Shown here in pieces: positions 58,056-63,131 of a stretch of DNA of 64,000 bases (within the stretch, counting starts at the first letter, position 1; each line of letters starts with the position of its first letter). Made by a program: the position numbers and the translations under genes. The notes under the pieces were generated by a model. The model searched no databases and was not told the DNA's origin. It saw only the letters and a program-made list of their open reading frames with translations. This DNA comes from Euprymna scolopes (taxonomy: Eukaryota). The stretch is taken from assembly GCA_053919585.1 (NCBI GenBank), contig CM132785.1; one strand, written 5' to 3'.

Positions 58056-60792
58056 TGTACAGAAAGTTGTTAGTTGAGACAGGTCATTGGTACCGTCGGT
58101 TTCAAGCCCGATAATAAGGCCCGTTTAAGGTATCCTTATCGAGCTCTCTTCAGCCAATATTCGTCTATCTTATAACCGGAAGTGTGAAGTATATATACCT
58201 CGCGAGTCCACGTTCAAANNNNNNNNNNNNNNNNNNNNNNNNNNNNNNNNNNNNNNNNNNNNNNNNNNNNNNNNNNNNNNNNNNNNNNNNNNNNNNNNNN
58301 NNNNNNNNNNNNNNNNNNNNNNNNNNNNNNNNNNNNNNNNNNNNNNNNNNNNNNNNNNNNNNNNNNNNNNNAATTTTCAACTTTTAATTATTTAAATTTA
58401 AGATCTAATTTCGAAAAAATGTTTTTTTTAATATATGAATCGATTTTAATTTGAACCCCATTTAATTTTAAAATCTCTTTCCTTATGTATAAAAACTTTA
58501 AAATCTGTATTGGTATCGGTTAAAAACTTAAAAATTCGTTTAATTATATCGAACATTTAAAAATTTCCAAAAATACGTTTAAAGTTTTAAAAAATATATT
58601 TTTAATTATATCGAATCACGTTTTTATGTGTTTATAACTTTAAAAGACCACAAGGAAAATTTTAATAATAGGCCAACCTGCAGGTTAATAAACCCGGCTA
58701 AAAGCGAAATCGGTCTAGCTAGCAAGTCTATACTTAGAGAAATAGTAAAAGAGATAAAAAGAAAATCAAATCTTAATTTGTGGGCAGACACTAGCGCGGT
58801 ACTGGACTGGTTTAAAAACATAACTGAACCACACAAATGTAAGTTTACACAACTGGATATCGTCGATTTTTACCCTTCAATCACTAAGGAAATCCTAGAA
58901 AAATCGTTGATCTTCGCATCAAAATATAGAAAGATAAGTGAGCTCGATAAGGAAACAATCATGCAAGCTCGACAGACCCTTTTATTTTTTGACGATAAAA
59001 CGTGGGTCAAAAAATCAAACCCCGAAGACCCCTTTGACGTCGCGATGGGGGCGTATGACAGTGCTGATATCTGCGATCTGGTTGGACTTTTTCTACTGGA
59101 GACCATGAAATATAAATTCCCAGATCACTTTTTTGGATTATATAGAGATGATGGACTTTGCCTATCGCGTGACTACAATGGATGTGCACTAGACAGGCTT
59201 AGAAAAGACCTAACTGAATTTTTTAAGGAACTAGGCTTTAAAATAATAATACATACAAATTTAGATAGAGTAGATTTTTTAGATGCCACTCTAGATCTCG
59301 AGAAGAAAATACACAAACCCTTTCACAAACTAAATGAAAAACTCATGTATATAAATAAGGGTTCATGCCACCCACCCACAGTGTTTAAAAATATGGTAGC
59401 GAACATTAGCCAAAGGATTTCACGGCTTTCTTCGAACGCTGAAGTGTTCGAGAAAGCAGCACCATATTATAATGACGCACTGCATCAAAGTGGGTTCAAT
59501 GAAAACATAAAATTTCAACAAACCCAGAATAAAGAAAATATAAAACGAAAGAGGAAACGGAAAATAATCTGGTTCTTACCTCCGTTTTCATTGAACACTA
59601 AAACTAGAGTAGGGCATTGTTTTCTTAGCCTTCTAGACAAACATTTTCCAAGAACACATAGACTACATAAACTTTTTAATAGAAACACGGTGAAAGTTAG
59701 TTACTCGACAGCTCCATCAATTAAGTCGATAATATCCAAAGAACCAAAAAAGATAGATAACGCAGGCTGCTCTTGCAGGACCAAAAATAGCTGTCCATTG
59801 GAGGGTAATTGTAAAGCTGAATCCCTTGTCTATGAGGCCACAGTAACGGAACAATCCACAAATATACCGGAAATATATATAGGTATGACAAAAGGCCAAT
59901 TTAAACAAAGGTATTATGCACATATGAGCTCCTTTAGAGCTAAAACAAGGATGAATACAGCATTAGCTACCCGCGTGTGGGAGCTTAAAGAAAAAAATAC
60001 ACCCTTTTCCATAAAATGGAGAAAAATAGAGCATAGACCAGCCTACGTCCCGGAATTAAGTCAATGCTCACTCTGTAACGCAGAGAAGTACTACATCCTC
60101 CGGTCCATTCATGACCCAAAAATAAAATGTTTAAATGTGAGGAGTGAAGCTTTGAAAAGTTGCATACATAGAAGGAAGGGTCTCCTAATAAATTGGATCA
60201 ATGAAAAGAACAACACTTAGATGTTGTTTTTATATATATATATATAAGGAAAAAAAAAATTGTAAATACATAAATAATTAGTCGGTAAACTTGGATTTTA
60301 ATCGCAATTATATTATAGATTTTTAATTAATGTCATATATATATATATATAATATTTTATAAATGTAATTTATAATCTATTTCGAATTTAAAACTATAGA
60401 AAAATATAATAATGTTAATAAACTAGGGAAATCACTTAGGATAGATAAATACTCACTTCCCCAAACCTTGAAAGATTTGGGTTTTTAAAAAATAATTTTT
60501 AAACGTATTTCGAAATTTTTAAACGTGATTCGATATAATTAAAAATATATTTTTTAAAACTTTAAACGTATTTTTGGAAATTTTTAAATGTTCGATATAA
60601 TTAAACGAATTTTTAAGTTTTTAACCGATACCAATACAGATTTTAAAGTTTTTATACATAAGGAAAGAGATTTTAAAATTAAATGGGGTTCAAATTAAAA
60701 TCGATTCATATATTAAAAAAAACATTTTTTCGAAATTAGATCTTAAATTTAAATAATTAAAAGTTGAAAATTAGGTATTACATTACCCGATA

Positions 60793-60834
<42 letters not shown>

Positions 60835-63065
60835 GATATAGATAGATATAGATAGATAAAAAAAAAAAGGGGGGGGGGATTAAACAAAACGAGATTTGAA
60901 CGTGGACTCGCGAGGTATATATACTTCACACTTCCGGTTATAAGATAGACGAATATTGGCTGAAGAGAGCTCGATAAGGATACCTTAAACGGGCCTTATT
61001 ATCGGGCTTGAAACCGACGGTACCAATGACCTGTCTCAACTAACAACTTTCTGTACACAAAATATAAGTACGCTCTTAAAATTTGGATTTTCCTTTTAAT
61101 TGAGCACTCTGCTGGAATTCTTTTTCCAAAAAAACTAATCATATATATATATATATATATATATAATGATATTTAGCATTTTTCCATGAAATTCAAACTG
61201 ATAATTGTAAATTAAATTTTATTAAAGTAAAATGATATATTGCAATATATAATAATGATAACACCTATTATAACTATTGTGTTTTACACAGTTTTGTTAA
61301 TCATGTCATTCATTGATATGTCACATAATATTTACCTGCTCAATTTCCTATGTAGTATTATAAATTTAACTAACAAAGTTGACATAAAATTAAGCAGCTT
61401 TCTTCTTTCTCACATGTTCTCGCTATTTAACCACCCAAAATTAAAAGTATTGGCAAATTTCAATATTCTAACCTCCACGTCCGCCTCCAAGATGTTGCAA
61501 AACCTCTCTGGCTTCGCGCAAATCGCTACCAAGTTCAGGAAAGGCAGCCGCTTCACATTGTAAAATTATCTTTTCGAGAACAAAACGATCTTTTTCTTTC
61601 ATAGCGGTTTTCAATTGCTCACGTAGGGTATCAGGAATTTTCGGCGCTAGTAAACAAGAGAGATAGTTATTCGTAAATATTACAAAATAATTAATTATAG
61701 TAAACTTATACCTGGAAAAGCAAACTAAGTAATAACTATACAAATGTGAGGTACTATATAAAACAATACATCACAAACCTGATTTTTATCACGTGTATAA
61801 GTTTCCTTTTAGAAAAGAAATATGACATTTAAAACATTTACTTATCTAGAGAGTTTCTGCATCTTCATAATATGGCTAAAAGGGACACTTATTTATAATG
61901 TATAGTAATTACTATCATATTTATAAATTCCTTCATGCATTGACCATATTGACAGGTTAAATACACTTAAATATTAGGTACTGTACACATATTTTAAACA
62001 TTAAACAGTAATCCACCTAGTATAATTCCTTTAAAGAAACGGTTAATTATTTGGGAAATGATTTTACCAAGTCTATCTGTTAATTTGGTCATAACATCTC
62101 TGGCCTTTGTCACATCTGTTTCGAGCTCCAGAAATCCGGACGCTACACATTCAGTTATAGCACTACTAATTGCTTCTTTGTCTTTACGATTTACGGTAGC
62201 AGTCAGCGTCTTCCGCAGACTTTCTGCCGTTTTCTGACCTGATATTAAACAAAAGAAAAATAAAATAAATTCAATTGATTAAACAAGCTACGAATGAAGA
62301 AAATTCACGAATTTTAATAATCTTTCCAAATGGAAAATTTTACTATAGTGTAACGAGTCTTTCTTATCTAATGTTGAATATTGAAATACTACAGTGCTAT
62401 CTAGTTTATAATCCTTACATTTTCCTTAATAAAATCAAAGATTTTTTATATTCCCCATAAATCAGAGAAATCTCCGACGACACTGACCTCCTCTACTACC
62501 ACTCAATCTTTTCAAGGTTTCTCTGGCCCTCGTCATTTCAGAGCCCAGCTCTGGATACCCCGCCACTTCACATTCTTCAATAGCTTTTTGCAAACTTGGG
62601 ATCGATTTCCGTCTAACTGAAACTCGGAGTTGGTCTCGAAGATTTTCCGGAGAGTCAACAACTGAAGGCAAAACGGACAACAAAAAATAAATTTAATTAA
62701 GTTTGGGTATTTTAATAAGAAATAGAATCTAATTAATTCATAAAAAAAATAGGATATTCATTTTATTAATTTTTTAACCAAGAAAATGTATAAGTTTTAA
62801 ATAATCTGTGCAATTTTTTAGGTAGATATAACACAAAATGAGCATCTTTAAAGTAAATTAACTCGAAAGGAGCATTAAAGATGTAGTTTATTTAAAATGG
62901 TTCTGGTTAACGTTTGTTTACACTTTTTGGAAATGTAAGTTATAATATATCAGGTACTTTAATTTAACCATAATAAAACATATTTTAGTAACACATTGTT
63001 AAAATTCATTTATTACGCAAATATCTTGTATTGATTAATTTAACAGACTGAATTACAAAATAATA

Positions 63066-63131
<66 letters not shown>

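Larger units (their letters stand above)
58047..61140 (+). mobile_element. 5'-truncated Penelope-like retroelement (Naiad-like) with an inverted copy of the 3' pseudo-LTR at its 5' end
   Basis: 58047-58218 is the reverse complement of 60895-61065, and 58371-58624 of 60520-60772 (N gap between). RT plus GIY-YIG ORF inside. Flanked by (TA)n. Confidence 0.9.

Noticed and set aside
22533-58387. ORFs with long X runs or YI/HT/RE dipeptide runs
   Set aside because: Artefacts of N gaps and microsatellites. A/B alternation is preserved across every gap, so single hidden exons are unlikely.
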